Below are positions 53,564 through 63,273 of a stretch of 64,000 bases of DNA, piece after piece. Source of the stretch: Sedimentisphaerales bacterium (GTDB lineage: Bacteria > Planctomycetota > Phycisphaerae > Sedimentisphaerales > Anaerobacaceae). A model generated the notes under the pieces. It did not search any database, was not told the DNA's origin, and worked only from the letters and a program-made list of their open reading frames with translations. The translations under genes and the position numbers were made by a program. The stretch is taken from the NCBI GenBank assembly GCA_963708075.1, contig OY970194.1, forward strand, positions 1,024,001-1,088,000, written 5' to 3'. The stretch's first letter is position 1, and the number at the start of each line of letters is the position of its first letter.

Positions 53564-53660
53564 GGGTGGCATCGTCAAGCGCAGCTTGGCGATGGTCTTG
53601 CTGATGCCGGGAAACCATCGCCAAGGCCTTCGGCCCCATTCGACTTCGCTCAGGGCAGGC
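53564..53660. repeat. Cluster of REP-like palindromes
   Basis: GGGTGG-CATCGTCAAG-CGCAG-CTTGGCGATG hairpin; perfect 12-bp IR at 53585-53596 / 53614-53625; TTCGACTTCGCTCAGGGCAGGC repeat at 53639-53660. Confidence 0.6.
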
Positions 53661-53723
53661 TTCTACGCTGCCATCCGGCACATGTCTGGAATGCGAAGCA
53701 ATGTGGATCGCGATGTCTGTGCT

Positions 53724-55168
53724 CTAGTTGACGCCGGATTCAACGCGCTGCAATTCGAGCGCCGGATCGTCCTGGAGGAAGAGCCCGCCCCCGCGTACGA
53801 TCAGGTTGAAGTCCACAAACAGATTCATCCCGATGATCCCGTCGAGCGTGCCGCCCTCCGGCGAGGGCATGTCCAGGAAAATGACCGGAATGTTCTTGGC
53901 CCGGAACCACTGGCCCAGGGCGGGAATTTCAAGGGCATCGACGTAGTAGCCGGGTGCCATGGTTACATCGCCTGTGACGCCCTCCACCTCGACCTCAAAC
54001 TCCGGGTTTGCCGGGTCCAGTTGCAGCCGGGCGGCGATTCGGGACCCGACCACGGTGATCTGGGCGCCGGTGTCCAGCATGAAGCGGTTCTTGTCCATCG
54101 CGCTCTTCTCGCCTTCATAGATATCGACGCTGTGCACGAAAAAGAGGCTCTGAGCCGAATTGCCCATGATCACCGACGGGCTGGCGGGCGGGGAATCTGA
54201 GGAGAGTCCGCCCCCGTCAAGAATGTCATCAAGGTCAAAATCCCAGTCGCTGCCAAATCCGAGGTCCACAGACGGGAAGTATTGAACGCTCACGCCGCCC
54301 AACGGACGCAACTCCAATGGAATCACGTTCGTGAAACTCGGGGCTTCCGTGTCGTCGGGCTCATACAGCGTGATCTCAGGTGCGGTGAACGTCTCACCAT
54401 CCCGCTGGATGGTCATGGTACGGTCATTGCGGATCAGCGTGATGTAATAGACGCTGAGCGGTGTTCCAATCGCAGTAGGGAGGTCCGGGTGGTCCCCGGG
54501 GTCCTGACCGACCATAACGGCCACATTGCTCTGGCCCATCATGCCGGACCGATCCAGTATCAACGTATCCGGGGCGACGGCGTCGAGCCCGTCGATAAAC
54601 ACAGCCAATGGCTGACTGACAGAGGCCATGACCGATCCGGTCACGCCGGTGATAACCGACTCATTCGACGTAACCAGGCCCTTGTAGACCCCGGCTCGCG
54701 TCGCGTCGGCGTAGCCTATTACGTGGCGCTGGCCCCCGTATCGAAGAGGCCGATAATATAATCCGTTTGTGGTTTCACGCCGGTCGGATAGCTGCCTCTG
54801 ACGGACGTCTCGACCTCCGCTTCCATCTCCAGTTCCGCTTTTCGCTCCTTGGTGATCGAAACGGCAATCCAGGGCACAAAACCATCGACAGGCGGCGCCT
54901 CCACGAGCATCTCATCCGGTGCGGCTGCCACCTTCAGTCTGTCCCGGGTGGCCGATGTGCCGCCGGCCTGCCGCTTGGCGCGGGTGGGCAGGGGCTGGTC
55001 TTGGGGATAGTGAATGCTCTTGATCCGCCTGCCGCCGCCCGCCTGCCAGTCCACGTCGTTGCGCTGCCAGCTCTCCCTCGCCCCCTGAAGGGGCAGCGTC
55101 CATGCAAGCAAGAGGGTGAGAACTGCCGGAATGCCGACTCTGGTCCTTGTGAGCCCTGTCGTCTTCAT
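53724..55168 (-). CDS. Secreted two-lobed retropepsin-like aspartyl protease; frameshift at ~54724
   Basis: Signal peptide; two catalytic motifs FDTGAS and LDTGAQ, each followed by GVTG and IG motifs. Adding one C joins the ORFs as DTGASAH|VIGYAD. Confidence 0.85.
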
Positions 55169-55312
55169 ATGCCCATCCTTTCCGATCTGCGCTCCATTAT
55201 AACATGCCTGGCCTTACCTCCCGGCAAAAAAACAGGATATCCTGCTCTCCACAGGTTTAGTGCCATTGAAGGCTTTCCACGTAACGATTTTAACGAAAGC
55301 TGTAGTCCGAAC

Positions 55313-55340
55313 TTGACGCGCCCTTACTGGATGCTAATAT
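55313..55340 (+). promoter_or_regulatory. Probable tRNA promoter
   Basis: TTGACG-16 nt-TAATAT with TG extension. Confidence 0.5.
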
Positions 55341-55362
55341 TAGGATCAGATGTTGCAGATGC

Positions 55363-55436
<74 letters not shown>

Positions 55437-55472
55437 GTCAAAGCCGCAATTGCGGGCCTCTGCCAGCGAGGC

Positions 55473-56930
55473 GATGACGTAGGATATTGTTCGCACATTG
55501 TACCGGGACGTAAAAAGAGTCCTTTCTCTGGTCGATGGTTGATAGGTCACAAGGAAACCGTTCAATCAGAGAAAGGACAGGATCATGCAAGACAGTACTT
55601 CGGCACCGGCGGACAAGAACTTGAGTCACGTGATCAAGATTGATGAGGCCAAGATTCAGTGGCATCTCGGGGAGATGGTTCGCTCGACGGTGGAACAGAC
55701 GCTCAATGGGATGCTTGACGCCGAGGCGGATCAGTTGTGCAAGGCCCGCCGCTACGAGCACACGGAGGGCCGGACCGACCAGCGGGCCGGGCATTATAAG
55801 CGCAAGCTCCAAACGAAGGCCGGAGAAGTGGAGCTGAAGATTCCCAAGCTGTGTCAGGTGCCCTTCGACACGGCGATCATCGAGTGGTATCGGCGACGTG
55901 AGTCGTCGATCGAAGAAGCCCTGATGGAGATGTACCTGGCGGGAGTCCCGGTGCGTCGGGTGGAGGACATTACCGAAGCCGTGTGGGGCGTGCGGGTCAG
56001 TGCCGGCACGGTCAGTGAACTGAACCAGAAGATGTATGAGCGGATCGAGGCGTGGCGTAACCGCAAGATCGAGAAGGCATACCCTTACGTCTATCTCGAT
56101 GGGATCAGCCTCAAGCGCACCTGGGGCGGCGAAGTCCGCAACGTGTCGATTCTGGTGGCGGTGGGTGTCGGGGAAGACGGCTATCGGGACATCCTGGGCA
56201 TCGCCGAGGGTTGTAAGGAAGACAAGGCCGGCTGGGGCGGTTTCCTGGCGTACCTCAAAGGCCGGGGTTGACCTGCCCGGAGCTGTTCATTTCAGACAAG
56301 TGCCTCGGGCTGATCGAGTCTTTGGCCGAGTACTATCCCCAGGCTCGCTGGCAACGCTGCATGGTCCACTTCTACCGGGACGTCTTTGCGATGGTGCCCA
56401 AAGGGCAAGTCAAAGTTGTGGCGGCGATGCTCAAGGCGATCCACGCCCAGGAAGATCGGACGGCGGCTCAGGAGAAAGCCAAGGCTGTGGCGGACAAGCT
56501 GGAGGCGATGAAGCTGCGTGCGGCCGTTAAAGAGGTCCGCGAGGGCATCGAAGAGACGCTGACGTATTATGCCTTCCCTGACAAGCATTACCGTCAGATC
56601 CGCACGAATAATCCACTGGAACGGATCATGCGGGAGATCCGCCGGCGAAGCCGGGTCGTCGGCTGCTTCCCCGATGGTCAAAGTGCCCTGATGCTGGCGG
56701 CGGGGAGACTGAGATACATCGCAGGCAGCCGCTGGGGCACACGGCAGTACATGAACATGGAGCGACTGAAAGAACTCAAACAGGAGCAGCAGGAGGTCTC
56801 GGCGGCTGTCGCCTGAGGCTCCGATAACGTGCAGCCCCCTTGGGGGGGGCCAGGAGATAGAGTCTTGACCATGATCCATCGACCGGAGTGACACCTATCA
56901 GAAAATGTGCGAAGAACTCTTTACACTACC
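55473..56930 (+). mobile_element. IS256-family insertion sequence
   Basis: Imperfect 27-bp terminal IRs sharing TTCGCACATT; 8-bp flanking direct repeat AGCGAGGC / TGCGAGGC (7/8 match). Confidence 0.9.
55585..56816 (+). pseudogene. IS256 transposase, frameshifted at ~56268
   Basis: RAGHYKR.L.TKAGEV, YVYLDG, WQRC.VHF, RTNNPLER. GGCCGGGGTTGACC lacks one G relative to GRGLTCPEL. Confidence 0.88.
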
Positions 56931-57013
56931 TGCGAGGCTTGTCAGTGGTCGATAGTTAGCCAAGTCAGACCGCACGTATTTCTTCTGTATCCATCGCTGC
57001 CGCAGCCACCCAC

Positions 57014-58163
57014 TAAGTAGGTAGCCAAAAGTTTTCACAGGAACGATTCTCTTCGCGTGTATGATGGGGTACATGCGAAGAACGAAGAGCGCCTCAGAAC
57101 GTGGTTTCGATCGATATGATAAACATCGTCTTACGCGGGCCTTACAGGGGGTCGCTGACATTCGCACCTACCGGCGTATCGAAGCGATCCTGTTGGTGGC
57201 CCAGGGTCGGACGGTTCCGGAAGCAGCGCAGATCACCGGGACCCGGCCGTGGAGCGTCTATCGCTGGGTGCGGGCCTATCTGCACACCCATTGTCCAGAC
57301 CGCCTGCAGGACGCACCGCGTTCCGGACGGCCTCCGGTCGCCACGCCGATCACGGACGCCCGTCTGGTACGCGAGTTCCGCCGGGACCCGATGCGTTTGG
57401 GCTATCGCGCCACGGGTTGGACGGTGTCCTTGCTGGCAGATCACCTCCAGCAAAGGTACGGGTGTGCAATCTCGCCTCGTACCCTGCGGCGGCGGATGCG
57501 GGACTTGGATCTGCGGTGGAAACGTCCCCGGTATGTCTATGCGACCAAGGACCCGAACCGAGCCCAGAAAAAGGGGGCCTGGTTCGCCGCCTGAAACGGA
57601 TGCCGGCGCTGGCGGTGCTGTTGTTTTCGGATGCGACCATCCTCCGCTGGTTTCCGCCCTTGCGCTATGTGTGGGCGTTTCGCGGCGAACAGGCGCAGGT
57701 CAAGATCACGGGCCAAAACGACAAACGGGTTCTGTTCGGCACGATCAATCCACGAACCGGACACCGGGTGGTCCTGCGTCGGCCCCGCCAGCGGCAAGAG
57801 GACTTTCAAGCCTTCCTGCGGGAGTTGCGGCGACGGTATCCCGGACGCCCGATTTGGCTGTTGCTGGACAAGGCCTCTTTTCATCAGGCGATCAAAAGCC
57901 AACGACTGGCCACCCACTTGGAGGTGACCCTCTTGTGGTTGCCGAAGCAGTGCCCGGAACTGAACTCTCAGGATCATCTCTGGAAGGAGTTGAAACGGTT
58001 GATTGCGGCCAATCGCCAGTTCCAAACGATTGATGATGAGGCGGCCTACGCGGAACAGTGGCTCTTGGGACTAACTGCGACCCAGGGCCTCCGCAAAGCC
58101 GGTGTCTTGTCGGCGGATTTCTGGCTCAAGGCTTTTGTGTGAAGACTTTTGGCTACCTACTTA
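57014..58163 (+). mobile_element. IS630-family element 1
   Basis: 25-bp IRs including the TA: TAAGTAGGTAGCCAAAAGTTTTCAC / GTGAAGACTTTTGGCTACCTACTTA (1 mismatch). Confidence 0.92.
57061..58142 (+). CDS. IS630 transposase (HTH orfA + DDE orfB joined by a -1 frameshift at AAAAAGGGGG, 57568-57577)
   Basis: orfA has an HTH, DAPRSGRP and WKRPRY; orfB has FSD, LLDKASFH and LPKQCPELN. Confidence 0.88.
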
Positions 58164-59401
58164 GTGGTTCATGACAGTTGCCTTTAGGATGAACCTTCAG
58201 GAGTCTATGCGTGTATACTCTCCGTTAGAGGAAGGACAGCTTTGACGGAGAACACTATTGCAGAAGAAGTACATCGTTCGGCTCAGCGCCGAAGAACGTA
58301 CAGGAGTGGACGCGATGGTCACCAAAGGCAAGGCCGCAGCCTACAAGATCAAGCATGCCCATATCTTGCTGGCGGCTGATGTGAACGGACCGGCGTGGCC
58401 GGACCGACCGATTCCCGAGGCGTTTTCCTGCCACGTGCGTAGCGTAGAGAACGTACGGCGACGGCTGATGCTGGAGGGTTTGGCGGCTGCCCTACAACGC
58501 AAGAAGCAGGCCCAGCCCTCGCACCCGGCGAAACTCGACGGCCAGGGAGAGGCCCGGCTGATTGCCTTGGCGTGTAGCTCCCCGCCCGAAGGGCGAGACC
58601 ACTGGACCCTCAAGCTGCTGGCCGAACGTCTGGTTGCCCTGGAGGTGGTCGATTCGATCAGTGACCAGATGGTGCGACGCACGCTAAAAAAGAACCAACT
58701 GCGGCCGGACCTCCAGGAGTGCTGGGTAATTGCGCCCGAGGCCGATGCGGAGTTCGTCGCGTGCATGGAGGATGTTTTGGATCTGTACGAACGCCCGTAT
58801 GATCCGAAACACCCGGTGGTCGAGATGGATGAACAACCCGTGCAACTGGTGAAGGAAACTCGCCGGCCCCTGGCGGCGGAGCCGGGGCACCCGCGACGGT
58901 AGGATCACGAGTATGAGCGGGCGGGCACGGCCTGTGTGTTTCTATTTACCGAAGCTTTGCAGGGCTGGCGACAGGTCAGCGTTCGTGTCCGGCGTACGGC
59001 GGTGGACTGGGCGCAGGAAGTGGCCGCGTTGCTGGAGGGCCGTTATGTCCAAGCCGAGAAAGTGATCTTGATTTGTGACAATCTCAACACCCATACGGTC
59101 GCTTCGCTGTACAAGGCTTTCCCTGCGGATAAGGCACGTCGCTTGGCCCAGCGACTGGAAATCCACTACACGCCCAAGCATGGCAGTTGGCTCAACATCG
59201 CCGAATGCGAATTGAGCGTCCTGACACGCCAATGCCTTCGGACCCGTACCCCGAGCCTTACGGCTCTGGTCCGCAAGGTGACTCCGTGGGCTCGGGACCG
59301 CAACGCTCGTCAACGCGGGGTAGACTGGCAATTCACGACGAAGGACGCCCGCATCAAGCTCGGACGCCTTTACCCACAGGTGCAAATGTCATGAACCAAT
59401 A
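58162..59401 (+). mobile_element. IS630-family element 2
   Basis: 20-bp IRs TAGTGGTTCATGACAGTTGC / GCAAATGTCATGAACCAATA (2 mismatches); shares the TA at 58162-58163 with element 1. Confidence 0.9.
58258..59394 (+). pseudogene. IS630 transposase with an in-frame amber stop at 58900-58902
   Basis: KKYIVRLS.EER, ACS.PPEG..WT, MEDVLDLY, then RR*DHEYERAGT continues in the same frame to DNLNTH and TPKHGSWLN.AE.E. Confidence 0.88.
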
Positions 59402-59416
59402 GGTCTATAGAAAGAA

Positions 59417-59445
59417 GCTGGCCCGACACAAGAGGTCGGGCCAGC
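59417..59445 (-). terminator. Rho-independent terminator of the PPC-repeat gene
   Basis: 11-bp perfect stem GCTGGCCCGAC/GTCGGGCCAGC, 7-nt loop, followed by TTCTTTCT on the minus strand. Confidence 0.75.
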
Positions 59446-59524
59446 GAGAGACTCACACATCCTGTCCGGATTCGCCCCTGTCGTGACCACCGTGTTGGAA
59501 GCCACGAACAAGGCTGCCGGCTGT

Positions 59525-62500
59525 CTACGGCTTGCCGTAGGTGCCTTGACGGATCTTGTCGATCTCCGCCGAGGTCAGGATATCGTTGAAGACCACGAAT
59601 TCGTCCAGCATGCCGTCGAGATTGTAGTTATAGGTGGAGCGGCCTGCCGACTGACCGATGCGGACCTCGCCGGCGTCGAAGGTGACATTGTGCGTCGCTG
59701 TGCCGGTCAGGTCGGTTCCGAGGATCGCGTTGGCGGTCGCATCCCAGATCCGAATCCGATAGGCCTTGCTGGCGCTGTTGAAGGTAATGCCGACGTGGTA
59801 CCAGCGGCCTCGCTGCAAGGTGGACTCGTGGATGAACTGCTCCGGGTTGGCTCCGTTGCTGTAGCCGATAAACGTCTGGAGCTTATCCAAATTGGTCTTC
59901 GAGATCCCAAAGCCGTACTTGTTGCTCAGGTTCTTGGAGAAGATGTACGGGTACAGGTTCATCTCATCGAATTTCAGCCAGAAGCAGACGGAGATCTTGT
60001 TATTGGTGGTCCCGTTCTTGAACGGGAACCCGCTGCTGAGGTTGGCGTCGATGATCGAGAAGTACTCGCCGTCCGCCCGGTCGAAGCTGGCCGCGGCTGC
60101 GCCCTGCTTGTAGTCGACCGTGTTCACATCCACGGAATTGACATCCTTCAATTTGTTGGTCTTGATGCTGTCCAGAGTGAGCTTGCCTGCCTCGAATCGC
60201 CAGAGGGCGGCGCAGTTGGGATCGACAGCGAAATTGTTGCCGATGACCGTGACGCCGTAAGTGGCGGTGAGGGTGACGCCGGAGTAGGCCTGGTAGCCGC
60301 GGAGCATGATGTACCAGGTAGCCGCGGCCGGAGTGGCGATCTCCACCTTCTCGTCATTGCCGATCAGGTACGGACGATAGTCCCAACTGCCGCTCGTCGG
60401 CTTCTCACCTTTCTTCACGTACAGGTCTACATCGCCGGTGCCGCCGGGGCCTCCGGCGATTTCAATGTTCAGGAAATCCTGTCCGCCGGGCACATCGATC
60501 CTGTAGAACTTCTCACTGCCGGTTGCCCCGCTGAGTCCGGGCACGGGTACGCCGTTTGTCAGAGGCGTCACCGTTTCGGGCACGGGGTAGTACGCGGCGT
60601 TGAGTGTCACTCCAGTGAAGGCGGCATAGCCCCGCAGCATGATATACCAGGTGGCTGCCTCCGGATTATCGATCGACACCATCTCGTTATTGCCGATCAG
60701 GTACGGGCGGTAATCCCATTCGGTCGTGCTCGGCTTGGCGCCCTTCCTGACATAGAGGTCTGCATCGCCAGTACCGCCGCTCATGAGGATGTCCAGCTTC
60801 GCCTGCCCTGAAGGCACGTCGATCTTGAAGAACTTCATGCCTTCGGCCGCCCCGGAGATACCGGTGACTGCCACACCGTTGAGCAGGATGGTTACTTCGT
60901 CCGGCTCAGGCGTGCCGCCGCCGAAGGTGGCGAGGAGCGTGAGCCCGGCATAGGCCCGGTAGCCTCGGATCATCACGAACCAGTCGCCGCCGGTGGGATT
61001 GTTCACGGTAACTGTTTCCTCGCTGCCAATGAGGTACGGACGATAATCATACTCCAGCGAGGTCGGCGGTGAGCCGCGTTTGACGTAGAGGTCGGCATCG
61101 CCGGTGCCGCCGGAGATCACGAACTCGAGCTTGGCCTGGCCGCTGGGCACGATCAAACGATAGATGCGTTCGCTGCCTTCGGTGCCGGAGATATTCGTCA
61201 CGGGCACGCCGTTGCTCAGGAGGGTCACGGTGCCGGTGAAGGAATACTGTGCTTTGAGCGTCACGCCGTTATAGGCCTGCTGGGCCTTGAGCATGACGTA
61301 CCAGGTGCCTCCGGCCGGACTGTTGATGCTGATGCTCTCGGTGTTGCCCGGCTGGATGAGCCGATGATCCCAGGAAGCGGTGGTCGGCTGGGCGCCTCGT
61401 TTGATGTAGACATCGACATTGCCTGTCCCGCTGCTCGTGGTGAACTGCAGGGTGTCCTGCCCGCTGGGCACCTCGATCTTGTAGTATTTCTCGTTGCCGA
61501 GCGGGGCAGACAGGCCGTTTACGGCCACGCCGTTCTGGAGCGTGTACACATCGCCATATGTGGCCTTAAGGCTCGCCCCCGAGTAATCGCTATAGCCTCG
61601 CAGCATGATGTACCAGGTGCCGGCGGTGGGGGTGTTGACGGTGACGCTCTCATCAGTACCGGCGAGGAAGGGCCGATAGTCGTAGTCAGTTGTCGTCGGA
61701 CGTGCGCCGAACTTGACGTACAGATCCGCATCGCCCGTACCGCCCCACGCGGCGATCTCCAGATTCGTCTGGCCGGCGGGCACCTGGATGCGGAAAACCC
61801 TCTCGCTGTTCTGCGTGCCGGAGATGGGGGTGACGGGCACGCCGTTCTGCAATTCTTCACCGATGCCGCCGCTGTAGCTGGCCACCAGAGTCAGACCGCT
61901 GTAGGCGGCGTAGCCCTTGACCATGATGTACCATGAGCCTGCGGTCGGATTGTTGACCGTCACGGCTTCTTCGCTGCCAATCAGGTAGGGCCGGTAGTCG
62001 TAGGAGGTCATCGTGGGCAGGGCATCCTTCTTGACGTACAGGTCTGCGTCACCCGTGCCGCCCGACATGCTGATTTCCAGCTTCAACTGGCCCGCCGGCA
62101 CGTCGATCTTGAAGAACTTCTCGCTGGCGGCAGCGCCGGAAAGGCCCGTCACCGGCACGCCATTGGCAAGGGTCACGATGGTGACCGCTGCGGAATAGGT
62201 CGCTTTGACAGTGACGCCGGCGTAATCGGCATAGCCACGCAGCATGACGTACCACGTGCCCGCCGTAGGATTTGCGACGGAAACAGTTTCTTCGTTGCCG
62301 ACCTTGTAGGGCCTATAATCGTAGCTGGTGATCGTGGGCAGCGCGCCTCTTCGCACGTATAGGTCCACGTCGCCGGTGCCGCCGGTGGTGAGGATCTCCA
62401 GTGCATCCTGTCCAGCGGGCACGTCGATCCTGTAGAACTTTTCACTGCCGGAGGTCCCGGACTGCCCCGCCAGGGGCACGCCGTTAGTCAGCGGGGTTTC

Positions 62501-62587
62501 GGCCGCGTAGGACACGGAGGCCAGGATGCACGTCACGGCCAACAGCACTACGGCTTTTCTCGGACGATTCGTATTTCGACCAGTCAT
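59525..62587 (-). CDS. Secreted protein with seven tandem PPC (pre-peptidase C-terminal) domains and a C-terminal LamG-like domain
   Basis: Signal peptide; seven ~105-aa repeats (L.NGV.V..GG.GDADLYV....PT...YDYRP...G..E......P..G.WY.ML.GY); tip domain with ALWRFE, WYHVGITF and LDGMLDEFVVFN. Confidence 0.9.
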   Translation of the reverse strand: MTGRNTNRPRKAVVLLAVTCILASVSYAAETPLTNGVPLAGQSGTSGSEKFYRIDVPAGQDALEILTTGGTGDVDLYVRRGALPTITSYDYRPYKVGNEETVSVANPTAGTWYVMLRGYADYAGVTVKATYSAAVTIVTLANGVPVTGLSGAAASEKFFKIDVPAGQLKLEISMSGGTGDADLYVKKDALPTMTSYDYRPYLIGSEEAVTVNNPTAGSWYIMVKGYAAYSGLTLVASYSGGIGEELQNGVPVTPISGTQNSERVFRIQVPAGQTNLEIAAWGGTGDADLYVKFGARPTTTDYDYRPFLAGTDESVTVNTPTAGTWYIMLRGYSDYSGASLKATYGDVYTLQNGVAVNGLSAPLGNEKYYKIEVPSGQDTLQFTTSSGTGNVDVYIKRGAQPTTASWDHRLIQPGNTESISINSPAGGTWYVMLKAQQAYNGVTLKAQYSFTGTVTLLSNGVPVTNISGTEGSERIYRLIVPSGQAKLEFVISGGTGDADLYVKRGSPPTSLEYDYRPYLIGSEETVTVNNPTGGDWFVMIRGYRAYAGLTLLATFGGGTPEPDEVTILLNGVAVTGISGAAEGMKFFKIDVPSGQAKLDILMSGGTGDADLYVRKGAKPSTTEWDYRPYLIGNNEMVSIDNPEAATWYIMLRGYAAFTGVTLNAAYYPVPETVTPLTNGVPVPGLSGATGSEKFYRIDVPGGQDFLNIEIAGGPGGTGDVDLYVKKGEKPTSGSWDYRPYLIGNDEKVEIATPAAATWYIMLRGYQAYSGVTLTATYGVTVIGNNFAVDPNCAALWRFEAGKLTLDSIKTNKLKDVNSVDVNTVDYKQGAAAASFDRADGEYFSIIDANLSSGFPFKNGTTNNKISVCFWLKFDEMNLYPYIFSKNLSNKYGFGISKTNLDKLQTFIGYSNGANPEQFIHESTLQRGRWYHVGITFNSASKAYRIRIWDATANAILGTDLTGTATHNVTFDAGEVRIGQSAGRSTYNYNLDGMLDEFVVFNDILTSAEIDKIRQGTYGKP

Positions 62588-62682
62588 TGTCTACTCCTCT
62601 CTTGCCTGTACGGATTAACGCCTTCTATTCCGATTGTCGGATCGACAGTCATCAAAATAAGTGCCACAAGTACTCCGTTTCG

Positions 62683-62947
62683 TATCGACTCTTCTGTGAA
62701 ATTCCTGCTTCTCGACGTAATGTCGGCCAATTTGGACCTCGTGTTTAGGCGAAGAACTCAACCACATTGTCTTCACCGCGAGGGAACAGAGAGTCCGAAG
62801 GCGCGGATAGTCGATATTGCTGATTGGCTGGATGGTTCTCAAACAACCCCTCGCAGAATCTGGATGACCTCACGGTCACCGGTGGCAGCTACAGACCCTC
62901 AGCCCGGAGCATGCTCCCATATCCGATAATTCCACGCTGGTTGTTTG
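62683..62947 (-). ncRNA. Candidate structured 5' leader RNA (riboswitch-like, unassigned)
   Basis: Nested stems starting at the predicted TSS: 9-bp P1, 8-bp P2 and two inner hairpins; a second domain closed by an 8-bp IR. Confidence 0.4.
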
Positions 62948-62958
62948 GCGGCATATGT

Positions 62959-62987
62959 ATCCTAACACAACGTCCCGGGGCAGTCAA
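62959..62987 (-). promoter_or_regulatory. Sigma70 promoter upstream of the PPC-gene leader
   Basis: TTGACT-17 nt-TAGGAT with TG extension. Confidence 0.6.
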
Positions 62988-63218
62988 GACCTCTGTGCGA
63001 TTTTATTGGGCGAAACGGTCCTCCGTCGCGCCGGCGGCTTGATCTCGTTGTCCCTAACGCCTTATAAAATCGCCATTTACGGGCATAAGGGCCGTCTGCC
63101 AAGATTTTTGAAAAATGGTCGGTGACAGCATAGAAGATGATCTTTTTCCGGGATTGTGTCGATGAGTCTGCGGGCATGAGCATAAAGCAGAGCGTGCCGA
63201 AGGTTCCGTCAAGGCGGG

Positions 63219-63247
63219 TTGACGGGCCGATCGACAACGCGTAGAAT
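63219..63247 (+). promoter_or_regulatory. Sigma70 promoter of the nucleotidyltransferase gene
   Basis: TTGACG-17 nt-TAGAAT. Confidence 0.65.
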
Positions 63248-63273
63248 CTATTCGCTTTTGTGGAGAAACGGCA

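Noticed and set aside
53564..53660. Attenuator or riboswitch for waaA
   Set aside because: The hairpins lie upstream of the clear waaA promoter (53488-53516), so they would not be in its transcript.
58900..58902. Amber codon as pyrrolysine or programmed read-through
   Set aside because: A single TAG in an IS transposase, with no pyl genes here and TAG used as a normal stop in many genes; a nonsense mutation or base error is simpler.
60260..62500. ~320-bp DNA repeats considered as a CRISPR array or DGR template/variable repeats
   Set aside because: They are in-frame PPC domain repeats with synonymous divergence; no cas genes, spacers or reverse transcriptase are in the window.
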